Shown: positions 1 through 12,930 of the stretch, piece after piece
Layout: every line of letters starts with the position of its first letter
Numbering within the stretch: position 1 is the stretch's first letter
The notes under the pieces: model-generated
What the model saw: the letters and a program-made list of their open reading frames with translations, nothing else
Database searches by the model: none
Told to the model about the DNA's origin: nothing
NCBI RefSeq assembly: GCF_963921235.1
Contig: NC_086097.1
Coordinates: forward strand, 137,642,001-137,702,000
Direction of reading: 5' to 3'
Source of the DNA: Mobula hypostoma
Lineage: Eukaryota
Length of the DNA stretch: 60,000 nucleotides
Translations under genes and position numbers: made by a program

Positions 1-236
1 CTCCTTCCCACCACCCCCCAACTGTTCTTCCACTCCACACTTTCTGCTTCCTTCCATACCTTCTTCCCAAACTCCCCCAACCATGTGCCCTGCTCCCCTT
101 GAACTCTCCTTCTCACCCTATCTCCTGCTCCCCTTGAAACCTCCTTCCCACCCCCCACCTCATGCCACCGTCAAATTCTCCTTCCTGCCCCCCACCTCCT
201 TCTTCCCTCAAACTCTCCTTCCCACCCAACCCCTAC
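1..236. repeat. C/T-rich low-complexity tract, continuing at 4840-5220
   Basis: Polypyrimidine, C-run-rich sequence on both sides of the Gypsy provirus. Confidence 0.85.
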
Positions 237-3200
237 TTGTAATTTCAAAACATTAAACTAATTCAGAGGAAGACATAGGCGCCCAGGAATGTGGGTCTAA
301 CTTTATGCTTAAGCAACGCTTGCATGTATCATGTGGTAGTGTGATAATGTATGCAATACGTATAACTCATAATGAATTCCTTAAATGAACAAGAATGCTT
401 AATCAACCTATACATACGCAAGATCTCAATTATTATTTAAATATTAAATACACAACACTCCTCTCTGCTGAGCTATAAACTCCAACTCAATAGAGAATAC
501 ATTTCCACTATATACACAGTATACTACATACAGACTACTATGTACAGACATCCACGGTATAGACAATTTCAAATTGTCCCATTCAGTCCTAAAATTTAAT
601 CACTGTGGAGGATTTCTTACTCTTGTGGGATCACATGTTTCCTGACAGAAAAGGGATCACTCTGCCTGGCTGGTGGGACTTGTGGCTGTGAAACACTCTC
701 ACGTTCTGGTTCTTTCTCTGTGCTGGTTGTAGGAGTTGACTCTCAGACTGCAGGAAGTGGTTCTGATCGCAATAGCTGACTTTCTTCTCCAGCAATTGAC
801 TCTGCTTTCCTCAACTGATCGACGCGTCGTCTCCAGATGCAATCTCCACTGTGTAGGGGAGTGGTCCAGTTCTGTCCCTGATCCTTCCGAGTAAACACTT
901 CTGATCACCTCTGTAGTCCCATGCCAGGACTGCTTGCCCAGGAGTGAAACATCGAGCCTCCTTGTTTGAGGAACCTTCAATTTGCCTCAGATGTTTGCCT
1001 TACATATTCCTTCGGAGATCGAGTTTGGGGAGATGCAAGCATGAGTGCAAGGGATGACCCAGGAACACCATAACTGGTGAGTTGTTGGTTGTGGAATGTG
1101 TAGCATTACAATATGCGAGGAGAACATTAGCAAGCTTCTGGATCAGTGTTAGTGTAGTCTGCCCTGCTGACATTGACAGCAGTGGGTTTTTTAGGCTGTG
1201 CACAAACCTCTGTCATTGGGTGGTAGGGTGCAGATGTAATGTCTTATTCCATTCACTTTTAGGAATGACTGAAACTGTTCCCCTACAAACTATGGCCCAT
1301 TATCAGTGACTAAGTGTTCTGGAACACTAGTCCTTGAGAAGAGGCTTCTCAACACATCAACTGTGTGCAAGGCTGTAGTGAAGGCTATTGGGAACACTTC
1401 TGACCACTTTGTAGCTGCATCCACTACTACCAAGAAATTTGTGCCCATGTATGGTCCAGCAAAATCCACATGAATCCTTTGCCAGGGCGATGCAGATGAT
1501 TCCCAGGGATGGAGAGGTACTGCTTCTGGCGGCCTCTAGGCATATCGGCATCCCAAAGAGTGCATGGCTAGATACTCGATCTGCTGATCTATCCCAGGCC
1601 ACAAATAAAGCTTCAAGCCAACGCCTTCCTTTTAATCTCACCAAGATGACCGGCATATAGCACCCCCAACCCTTTAGCTCTTGACTTGGATGGTACAACA
1701 ACTCTCAATCCCCACATAAGGCAACCCCCATAAAGAGCATCTTTATCTCGGCACTGGTAGAAATGGGAGAACTGGAGTTTCTGTTGTACATTCTAGCTAT
1801 TTGGGTGGTCATGTAGACCTAAGACAGTGTGGGATCTTTTCTGGTTTCCCTTTGAATTATCTCTGCCGTAATAAGGAGAATTTTGATTGCGTTAGGGAGA
1901 ATACATCAAGGGGAGTGTCTTTTTTTGTAAATGTTTCCAGTATTTCCTTTTCCAAGGGTAAACAGGACAATCCATCAGTATTTCCATGATTAATTGGCCT
2001 TTTGCTTTCAATCTTGTAATTGTGTCCTCCAAGAAACAGAGCCCATCCCTGCATCATACTGCTGCTGTCAGGGAAACACCATTCTGTGGGTTGAAAATGG
2101 ACATGTGGTTAGTAATGAGGATAAACACTCTCCCATACAAGTACTGTTTGAAACGTTTTACACCCCAAACCGGACTCAAGGCCTCCCTGTCAAACTGTGC
2201 ACAATTTTTCCCTGCAAAGGCTATGGGCTGTTCACTTCCATCACTTATAATGTGATATGACTGCACTGGCAGCATAAGGCGAGGCATCAAGGCAAGCTTC
2301 ACTGGGTGATGTGGTTCATAATGTATTAGAACAGAGCCTGACATCATCATGTCCTTTACCTTTGGGAAAGCCACCTCACACTGCTTTGTCTATTGCCATT
2401 TCTTCCCGATATGCAGTAATGAGTTCAAGGAGAGGAGCCAGGTTCGGCAGGAACTTGTTATAGTAATTGACAAATCTGAAAAATGAACTGCAACTGCGAT
2501 ACGTCCTTTGGTCTTGGGGCATCACGACTGCTTGAATTTTCTCAGCACACTTGAGTGCCAATCATGTGACCACAGTAAGTGATGCTTTGTTTAAAGAATT
2601 CACACTTGTTGCATCATGCTTTGAGCTCATAATCTAATCTTTTTAGCACTGTCTTGAGATTTTGGAGATGTTCCTCGGCATCCTTACCAGTAACAATGAT
2701 GTCATCTGGGTAACACTGATTGTCTAGGCAGCCTTACAGCTCTTGGCCCATAACTTTCTGCCAGAGTGCAGATGCAGAGGTTACTCCAAAAAATAAGCCT
2801 ATTATAGCAATAAAGCCCTAAGTGAGTGTTTATGGTGAGAAACACTTTGGACTCTTCTTCCATCTCCATCTGCAAATAGGCCTCTGCTAAATTCACTTTG
2901 CTGAAGTGCTTCCCTCCAGAAAAGTTTGCTCTATCCTGGGCAGAGGGTGTAGATCTACTTTCAGTACTGAGTTGATGGTAATATTAAAATCGCCACGGAT
3001 CCTGACAGATCCATTCTTCTTGGCTACTGGGACCACTGCCGTTCCACTCAACCTTGGAAAGAATTCCTTCAGCCTCCATGAGATCTAGCTCACTGGCTAC
3101 TTTATCACAGATGGTGTAAGGATCCAGATGGGCTTTGTAAAATTTGAGTATGGCAGTTTCATTTAACACCATTTTCCCTTGATATGTTTGGGTTTTCCAA

Positions 3201-4839
3201 TGGCATTGTGAACCAGTGCTGAGGCATCATCCAGTATCTTTCTTAATTCACTTTCATACTGGTTCATTACAGGGGATGTGGCACGCAATGGTGGATGGAT
3301 CTCCAGTCAGGGCCCCGCAATACTGGCCCTCCTAGTTTTACCATATACAAGCTCAATGTGGCTTGTTGGTTGTTGTAGTTCACAGTTATGGGTATCATTC
3401 CCACGGGAGTTATCTTTTCTAAATTGGAAGTTCTTAGTTAGATATCTGCAGGCTTCAGTTTATTATCTTTGAAATGCCTCTCAAACTCATTTTGTGGAAG
3501 GACTGAAACAGCTGAACCAGTGTCTAATTCCATTTTGATTAATTTGCCATTCAGTTCTGGTGTAAGCCACATTGCTTGTTTACTGTTAATTTTCACACTG
3601 TAAATCTCAAGGCTACACAATCCTGTGTCACTCTCATGATCAGATTTTTCATCAACAGTGTGAAGATTAGTGCTCTTTTTGAAATTGCAACTTGACTTTT
3701 TAAACTTTTCCTCTTTTTTGTGCAGACAACTTATTTTTATCTGCCCGACATGCTCTTTGTATGTGTCCATTTTCTGCAAGTTTGGTCTGCATTGGTCTGA
3801 TGTATCCCTGCCACATCACTAATACAATTTGTTCAGTCAGGCAGGTTTCTGTTTGGATGTTGCAATTTTGTTCACTCTCTCTTTCATTCCTGACTGCAAC
3901 TCAATTTTATCTCTATCCGCAGTTTCCATTGAAACAGTAATTTCAACTGCTCTTTTAAAAGGTAAGTTGAAATTAGGAGCCATTTTTGAATGCTTTCTTG
4001 GAAGATTCCACAACCTATACGATCTCCCAGTGCTTCATTAAGCCCAATACAAACTCACAATGCTCTTCAATCTCTTCAATTCAGCCACACATGGTAAAAT
4101 GGACATCCCCTTCCTTCTGATTCTGCTTATAAATTCTAAAATATTCTGCAATCAACAATGATTTCATATTACTTTTACAATATCACAAAGCTCAGTTCTG
4201 TTGGTTTGGTTGGAGTAGTCAAACTTCGAAGCAAACTGCATGCCTTTAAATCCAATACACTCAGTAAAATTGGTTCTTACTTCTCATTGGCTACTTAATT
4301 TGCTTGAAAGTACTGTTGTATTAGCTCAGTGAACATGAGCAAGTTACCCACTGTGTAATCAAACTAATCAGGCTTTCCAACGTAGCCAGTTGTTTCTGAT
4401 TTTTCTTAAACGATTATTATCACCTGGTACTCATTTATGTTTTCTGCACTTTTTAAAAACTCAACTCTATGCACATGCTGGGCTGTTTTTCTTTACCCAC
4501 TGTTCCTCACTGCACTTCTTTAAAAAAACTTGAACATCTCACTGGGCTTCAACAACTTGATAGTTGTCTTGGGTTTGTTTTAAGAATAGTTTGCCACTAA
4601 TGTTACGTTTTGTAACTTCAGAACATTAAACTAATTCAAAGGAAGACACAGGAGTCTGGGAATGTGGGTCTCACTTCATATTTACATTAAGCAAAGTGTC
4701 CACATATCACGTAGCAGCGCCATGACGTATGGAATTCACACACATATATATATATATAACATAAATGAACAAGAATGCTTAATCAACCAATATATTGATG
4801 AGATTACTCAAGTATTGCTTAAATATTAAATACACAACA
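237..4839 (-). mobile_element. Decayed Ty3/Gypsy LTR retrotransposon with both LTRs (about 237-457 and 4601-4839)
   Basis: Direct repeats (tgtaa.ttca.aacattaaactaattca ... aaatattaaatacacaaca). Polypurine tract next to 457 and PBS-like tagtggcaa next to 4601. Minus-strand protease (ELDTGSAVS), RT (LAEAYLQM, NYYNKFLPNLA), RNase H and integrase fragments with many disruptions. Confidence 0.9.
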
Positions 4840-6519
4840 CAGCCCCCCACGCACTGTGCTCCCCAACTCCCTTTCCATCACCTCCCCACAACCCCTGCGA
4901 CCCTCCAATTCCTTTCTGCCACCCAGTGCACCCACCCACCTCCATTTCCTTCAACTCTTTCTCGTCTCTCCCCGCCAACTCACCTCCAAGTCCCCTTCTG
5001 TCCCACCACCTACCGCTTCCTCCCCTTCAACTCTCTTTTTGTCCTCCTACACCACCTGCCCACAACTCTCCTTCCACCCCAAGACCTCCTGCTTCCTTTC
5101 AAATCTTCTTCTCACCCCCATTCCCCTTAAATTCACCTTCCTGACCACACACACCTCCTACTCCCCTCTACCATTCATCTTACCCCTCCACCTCGTCTGC
5201 CACCCCCACCACCTACACATCACTAATTCAATCATCACTATCTTGTAAGTACTCATCTACCTGGGATGGTTGCCACAAGCACAAAGTTAGTATTTTGGAT
5301 CAATTGACCAGCACTCTTCCAACCAACCACATGCCCACTGATTGTCGTCATCCTCCCAACCAAACCGGTATGGGGTCCTCCCACTACTTCCTGGGACGTT
5401 TCGATGGTGTTGGCCATCCTGCTCTCTTGTCTCTACTGGCTTTGAACCCAGTTCAGCCCTGGCTGAGCTTGACTTACTGCGCCTCCACTGTCAAACCTCT
5501 GCATCTTCGCCCGTCTCAAACCCGGGATGTCACCTGGCCACGTCGCCCTCTCTGAGAGAGCAGGAAGCGGCCCAGCTCTGTTGTGGACCCTTCGAGGCTC
5601 ATAGGCTGCTGAAGAAACGGGCACAGCTCCCTGACCACTGCAGGCTCCACACCTCCAAGCTGCTCATGCTAGCTCCAGAGATCTAGTAAGGTCAAGGATC
5701 TAAAACAAATTGTGCAAACAATAAAGCTAAGCAAATAGCATTCAGAACAACAGTCACGAAGCTAGACAATGCTGCAGCCAGAGCAGCACTGAACCAAGTA
5801 AACAATGCAGAACCGCAAGCAGAACAGGACCAGCCCTCACCTCCAGCCCCCACACCCTGCCTTTTCACTCCGGCCTGGCTTTTAAATCAGCCAAACTTCA
5901 GGTGGTTCCTTGCTCTAGGTCCTGTACCCTGTTGCTTCAACACACTCCGGCCTGGATTTTGCTGCCACATTTTGGCCTGTATCTGACCTTTCCAAATCAA
6001 CCTGACACTTAGGTCGATCCAAACTTGCATCTTTGTTCGCTCTCCGTTTGGTGGACAGGCCTCATCTTCACTTGCCTTGACTTTGCCTCACCTCTGCTTG
6101 CTTCGACTTTCTCAACCTGGCTTCAATCCACCCTCACGCTTGCTCATTCACCTCAACTCTGCTTGCCTCTTCATTGTTTGCAGCGATCATTTACCAGAAA
6201 TTTTTTTAACCAGAAGAAGTGTTTTTTAGTAAAATATTTCATTTTAATCTTTGTTTTGTTTGGCACCGATAAGTAGTCACTAGACTTCAGCAGTGACATC
6301 TTAAACTGGAGAGGCTTAATCAAATGAAAACTACCAAGTGCGAAGCAGAGCTTACATTTAAAAGAACAATGGGAATCGCTGTTTCAATGGAAACCGCAGA
6401 CAGAGATGCAATGGAGTTCCAGTCAGGAATGAAAATGAGCATCAGCAAAATTGCAACATCTAAACAGAAACCAGCCTGGCCAAACGAATTGTGTTACTGT
6501 TGTAGCAGGGGCTCACATA

Positions 6520-7139
6520 CGAGGGTTGATTGATAGGTTTGTGGCCTAAAGTAGAAGGAATCAATTTTAGAAAACATAGCACATTTATTTTTCAATATAG
6601 TCCCCTCCTACATGTACACACTTAGTCCAGCGGTCGTGAAGCATACAGATCCCTTCTTTGTAGAAGTGGTCCACAGCAGGGGTGATTGATAAGTTCGTGG
6701 CCTAAGGTGGAAGGAGATGAGTTATTAACTTCAAACTTCCTGCATTATCTCTCAAAGAGTTGAACTGCACGTGCATGTAACGAGAGCGTCTTGGACCTCC
6801 AGGTGGTCCACAGCAGGGGTGATTGATAAGTTCGTGGCCTACAGTAGAAGGAGATGAGTTATACAGCTGTTACGTGCATGTGCAGCTCAACTCTTTGAGT
6901 GAAAATGCAGAAAGTTTGAAATTAATAACTCATCTCCTTCTACTTTAGACCACGAACTTATCAATCACCCCTGATGTGGACCACTTCTGGAGGTCCAAGA
7001 CATTGACTTCTACAAAGAAGGGATCCGTATGCTCCACGACCACTGGACTAAGTGTGTAAATGTAGGAAAAATAAGTGTGCTAGGTTTTCTAAAATTGGCT
7101 CCTTCTACCGTAGGCCATGAACTTACCAATCACCCCTCG
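6520..7139. mobile_element. Mariner-type MITE
   Basis: TA target duplication. Terminal inverted repeats cgaggg(g/t)tgattg(a/g)ta.gtt..tggccta..gtagaagga. Largely palindromic body with no ORF. Confidence 0.88.
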
Positions 7140-7560
7140 TACACCAAGCAAATGTAGATTGAAAGGTGAAGCTTGCAGAAAATGCAACAAAGTAGGACAC
7201 GTTCAAAAAGCATGTTGGAAAGATAGACATAGATGGACTGCAACAGGGAAGAGAAAAAGATCAAAAGTCAAGTTGCTGTTTCAAAATGAGAACTAAACAA
7301 CATTCTGTTGATAAATCTGGTAATGATGAGAGTGACACAGGAGTGGATAGGCTTGAGATTTACAATGTGAAAACTACAATAGACAAGCAATGTGACTTAC
7401 ATCAGAAGTGAATGGCAAATCAGTTGAAATAAAATTGGACACTAGAACAGCTATTTCAGTCATTCCACAAAGTGAGTTTGAGCAGAATTTCAATGATGGT
7501 AATCTGAAGCCTGCAGATGTCCAACTTAAAAACTTATACTAGAGAAAAGTTAACTCCTGT

Positions 7561-10500
7561 TAGGTAGCAGGGAAGGTTCAGGCATAAAAGGGAGACCCTG
7601 ACTAGTGGAGTAATCATCGATGGAGAGATCTGAAGCAGAGTGGTAGGGCGTTGGCTCATACGGGCTTCGGCGAGGTAAGTAGATACGTGGACTTCATTTT
7701 TTTCTTTTTTTTTAAAGAGGAATAAACAGCATGGCTGTAGGGTCAGTGCTTTGCTCTGGGTGTCAGCTGCGGGAATCCTGGGAATCTTCTAGTCGCCCAG
7801 ATGGCCACATCTGTGTCAGGTGCACCGAGATGCAGCTCCTGGGAGACTGTGTTGATGACCTACAGCATATTAGGGAGAGTGAGCAGGAGATAGAGAAGAG
7901 CTACAAGGAGTTAGTCACCCGAGGCTGCAGGAGTTAGATAAGTGGGTGATGGTCAGGGAAGCGAGGAAAAGAGTTCAGATAGTAGAGAGCACCCTGTGGC
8001 CATCCCCCTCAGTAATCGTTACCTTGTTTTGGATGTAGTTGAGGGGGATGACCTGACAGAGGACAACCACGGCGAATGGGTCTCTGGCACTGAGAGAGAG
8101 AAAGAAGGTGAGGAATGCGGTAGTCATAGGGGATTCCATAGTGAGGGGAACAGACAGGAGATTCTGTCAGCCTGAGAGAGATACCCGCAAGGTGTGTTGC
8201 CTCCCAGGTGCCAGGGTACGGGATGTCTTGGATCGGGTGCAGAGTATTCTGAAGGGAGAGGGTGAACAGCCAGAAGTCTTGGTACACGTTGGTACCAATG
8301 ACATAGGTAGAAAAAGGGTGGAGGTCCTGAAGAGAGAATTTAGGAAGCTGAAAAGCAGGACCTCCAGGGTAGTAATCTCAGGATTGCTGCCTGTGCCACA
8401 TGCTAACGAGTGCAAGAATAACATGATCAGGCATATCAATGTGTGGCTGAGAGACTGGTGTAGGGGGCAGGGTTTCGGGTTCCTGGATCATTGGGGCATC
8501 TTCTGGGGGAGGTACGACCTGTACTAAAAGGACGGGTTACACCTGAACCCAAAAGGGTCCAATATCCTAGCAGGCAGGTTTATTAGAGCTGTTAGGGAGG
8601 ATTTAAACTAATTTGGCAGGGAGATGGGAACTGGAGTGATTGGGCTGAGGAAGGGGAAACCAGAAATAAATCAAAGATAGTGTGCAACATATTTGATAGA
8701 AAGGACAGGCAGGAGATGAGGCTTAATCACAGTCAGTGGGATGATTTACAGGGCAATAGAGGCATGGCACAGTTAAAACAGAAAGCAACAAATACTGGAC
8801 AGAAAGTGTTGTATTTGAATGCACGTAGCATAAGAAATAAAATGGACGATCGTGAAATTCAGCTACAGATTGGCAAGTATGATGTTGTGGCCATCTCTGA
8901 AACTTGGCTAAAGGATGGCTGCCATTGGGACCTGAAAGTCCAAGGATATAGGGTGTATCGGAAAGATAGGTTAGTAGGCAGAGGGGTGATGTGGCCCTGT
9001 GTATAAGAAATAATATTAAATCATTAGAAAGGAAAGACATAGGATCGGAAGGGAGAGCCTCTATGGGTTGAGTTAAGGAATGGCAAGGGTAAAAGGATCC
9101 TAATGGCAGTTGTATACAGACCTCCAAACAGCAGCCAGGATGTGGATTACAAATCCAGCAGGAGCTAGAAAAGGCATGTCAGAAGGGCAATGTCATGGTA
9201 ATCGTCGGGGATTTAACATGAAAGTGGATTGGGAAAAGCATGCCAGTACTGAACCTCAAGAGAGAGAATTTGTAGAATGTCTAAGGGATTGCTTTTTAGA
9301 ACAGCTTGTTGTTGAGCCCACTAGGGGATTGACTGCTGGATTGGATGTTGTGCAATGATCCAGAGGTGATAAGAGAGTTTAAAGTTAAAGAACCCTGAGG
9401 GATCAGTGATCACAATATGAATGAGTTCACTTTGAAATTTGAGAAGGCGAAACTAAATTCCAATGTGTTGGTATTCCAGTGGAATAAAGGAAATTACAAT
9501 GACATGAGAGGAGAACTGGCCAAGATTGACTGGAAAGGTACACAGGCAAGAAGGACAACAGAGCAGCAATGGCCGGAGTTTCTGTGAAAAATGAGGGAAG
9601 TGCAAGACAGATACATTCCAAATAAAAAGAAATTTTCAAATGGAAGAGGGACATTACCGTGGCTGACAAGTGAAGTCACAGCCAAAGTAAAAGCAAAAGA
9701 GAGGGCATACAAGGAAGCCAAAACTAGTGGGAAGATAGAGGATTGGGAAGCTTTTAAAAACTTGCAGAAGGAAACTAAGAAGGTCACTAGGAAGGAAAAG
9801 GTAGATTATGAAAGGAAGCTGGTGACTAATATCAAAGAAAATACTAGAAGTTTTTTTTAGGTTTATAAAGGGTAAAAGAGAGTTGAAGGTAGATATAGGT
9901 CCAACAGAAAATGACACTGGAGATATTGTAATGAGAAATGCAGAGATGGCAGAGGAATTGAATGTGTATTTTGCATTAGTCTTCACAGTGGAAGACATCT
10001 TCAGTATACTGGACATTCAAGAGTGTCAGGGAAGTGAAGTATGTACAGTGAAAATTATGACTGAGAAGGTGCTCGGGAAACTTAATGGTCTGAGAGTGGA
10101 TAAATCTCCTGGACCTGATGGAATGCACCCTCGGGTTCTGAGGGAAGTAGTTAGAGAGATTGCGGAGGCATTAACAATGATCTTTCAAGAATCAATAGAT
10201 TCTGGCATTGTACCGGATGACTGGAAAATTGCAAATGTTACTCAGCTATTTAGGAAGGGTGGGAGGCAGCAGAAGGGAAACTATAGAGCTGTTAGCCTGA
10301 TATCAGTGGTTGGGAAATTGTTGGAATCAATTGTTAGGGATGAGATTACGGAATACCTGGAGGCACGTGATAAGATAGGCCAAAGCCAGCATGATTTTCT
10401 GAAAGGAAAATCCTGCCTGACTAAATTACTGCAATTTTTTGAGGAAGTTACAAGCAGGGTAGACAAAGGAGATGCAGTAGATATCGTGCACTTGTATTTT

Positions 10501-11639
10501 CAGAAGGCCTTTGACAAGGTGCTGCACATGAGGCTGTTTAGCAAGATAAGAGCCCATGGAATTACAGGGGAGTTACTAGCATGGGTGGAGCATTGGCTGA
10601 TCGATAGAAAACAGAGAGTGGGAATAAAGGGATCCTATTCTGGCTGGCTGCCTGTTACCAGTGGAGTTCCACAGGGGTCGGTGTTGGGACCACAGCTTTT
10701 TACAATGTATGTCAATGATTTGGACTATGGGATTAATGGATTTGTGGAGAAGCAGGTAGTGTTGAGGAAACAGAGAGCCTGCAGAGAGACTTAAATAGTT
10801 TAGGGGATTGGGCAGAGAAGTGGCAAGTGAAATACAATGTTGGAAAGTGTATGGTCATGCACTTTGGTGGAAAAAATAAACGGACAGACTATCATTTAGA
10901 TGGGGAGAGAATTCAAAACGTAAAGATGCAAAGGGACTTGGGAGTCCTTGTGTAGGATACCCTAAAGGTTAACTCCCAGGCTGAGTCGGTGGTAAAGAAG
11001 GCGAATGCAACGTTGGTATTTATTTCTAGAGGTATAGAAGATAAGAGCAGGGATGTGATGTTGAGGCTCTGTAAGGCACTTGTGAGATCACACTTGGAGT
11101 TTTGGGCTCCTTATTTTAGAAAGGATATACTGACATTGGAGAGGGTTCAGAGAAGATTCACGAGAATCATTCCAGGAATAAAAGGGTTACCGTATGAGGA
11201 ATGTCTGGCAGCTCTTGGGATGAATTTGCTGGAGCTCAGAAGAATGAGGGGGGAATCTCATAGAAATATTCCAAATGTTAAAAGGCCTGAACAGATTTGA
11301 TATGGCAAAGTTATAGGTAGGGGTGTTTAGGACAAGGGGGCACGACTTCAGGATTGAAGGATGTCCATTTAGAACAGAAATGCAGAGAATTTACTTTAGT
11401 CAGAGGGTGGTAAATCTGTGGAATGTGTTGCCATGAGTGGCTGTGGAGGCCAAGTCATTGGGTGTATTTAAGGCAGAGATAGACAGGTTCCTGATTAGGA
11501 GGGGCATCAAAGGGTATGGGGAGAAGGCAGGGGAGTGGGGATGACTGGAAGAATTGGATCAGCCCTTGATTGAATGGCAGAGCAGACTCGATGGACCGAA
11601 TGGCCCACTTCTGCTCCTATATCTTATGATCTTATGGTA
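7561..11639 (+). mobile_element. Near full-length CR1 LINE (ORF1 zinc finger plus SGNH esterase; ORF2 APE endonuclease and RT), inactivated
   Basis: ORF1 from 7731 with VVIGDSIVRG and HVGTND. ORF2 LYLNARSIRNK, RT 9883-10794 (FQKAFDKV, GVPQGSVLGP). 3' tail (tcttatg)n. Frameshifts and stops. Confidence 0.95.
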
Positions 11640-12299
11640 ACCATGAAATACAACAAGCAGCAAGCCATATTGAGTTCATATATGGTAAAAACAGGAGCAC
11701 CGGTATTGTGGGGGCATAATTGGTTGAGACTATTACAACTTGATTGGAGATCCACCCATCATTTACATGCCTCATAGCCTGTAATGAATCATATGAAAGT
11801 GAATTAAGAAAGATACAGGATGATGCCACAGGAAAACTCAAACTTATCAAGGGTAAAATAGTGTTAATTGAAAATGTCACACCCAAGTTTTGCAAAGCCC
11901 ATCCAGTTCCTTATACCATAAGGATGGTATATCTTTATACCATCCATGATAAAGTAGTCAGTGAGCTAGATCACATGGAGGCTGAAGAAGTTCTTTCCAA
12001 GGTTGAGTGGAGCTCATGGGCAACACCAGTGGTTCCAGTAGCCAAGAAGAATGGATCTGTCAGGATCAGTGGTGATTTTAAGATCACCATTAACCCAGTA
12101 CTGAAAGTAGATCAATACCCTCTGACCATGATAGAAAATATCTTTGCAGACCTTCCTGGAGGAAAATACTTCAGCAAAGTGGACTTAGCAGAGGCCTACT
12201 TGCAGATGCAGATGGAAGAAGAGTCCAAAGTGTTTCCCACCAGAGCTTTAACGATATAATAGGCTTATTTTGGGAGTAGCATGTGCACTGCACTCTTAT

Positions 12300-12930
12300 G
12301 AAATGAATTATCTTTATTGTCATTGCATAGTACAATTTGTCATGCACCAATACTGTGAAAATGAGTTTGCAACTCTCGTACTCAATGCTATAAAACAACA
12401 AATAAAATAAATAAACAATAAATAAAATCAAGTAACCAGTCAGTACAACCAGCAACCGTAAAACCAGTATTAAAGTAGCAATATAACAATTTATGGATGA
12501 TGCTTGATCGATTGGCTCAGAGCAGTTATAGCTCTGGGGAAAAAGCTATTTTTCAGTCTGGAAGTGCGGGCATAGAAAATCTTATAATGTCTGCCAGATG
12601 GAAGAAGTTCAAACAGATGATTGCATGGGTGTGTATTGTCCTTACAGATGCTTGTAGCTTTCCTTAGGCAGCGAGAGCTGTAGGTGTCCTCCAGGGCTGG
12701 GAGCTAGCTGTGTCCCGATGATCTTCTGTGTGCTAGAGACGACCCGCTGAAGTGCTTTCCTATCAGCTGCTGTACAACTGAGATACCACACAGAGATGCA
12801 GTATGTTAAGATGCTCTCTGTGGTGCAGTGGTAAAAGGTCACCAGCATCTGTTTAGGTAGACGAGCTTTCTTCAGCGTCCTGAGGGAAAACAAGCATTGC
12901 TGTGCTTTCTTAACTATTGTAGTGGTTAGC
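12300..12930 (-). mobile_element. Rex1/Babar-type LINE 3' fragment inside the Gypsy RT
   Basis: KKAQQCLFSLRTLKK...FYHCTTESILTYCISVWY motif on the - strand. Confidence 0.8.

Noticed and set aside
4795..5248. Pro-rich ORFs
   Set aside because: They arise from a C-rich low-complexity tract.
6520..7139. Regularly recurring repeats of about 40 bp, CRISPR-like
   Set aside because: Copies occur in both orientations, are TA-flanked TIRs of a MITE, have no unique spacers or cas genes, and the context is vertebrate.
8108..8527. SGNH/GDSL esterase ORF as a host gene
   Set aside because: It is the known esterase domain of CR1 ORF1, and it recurs at 51955-52320.
9883..10794. 303-aa reverse transcriptase ORF as a novel RT system
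   Set aside because: It is an ordinary fragment of a disrupted CR1 ORF2.
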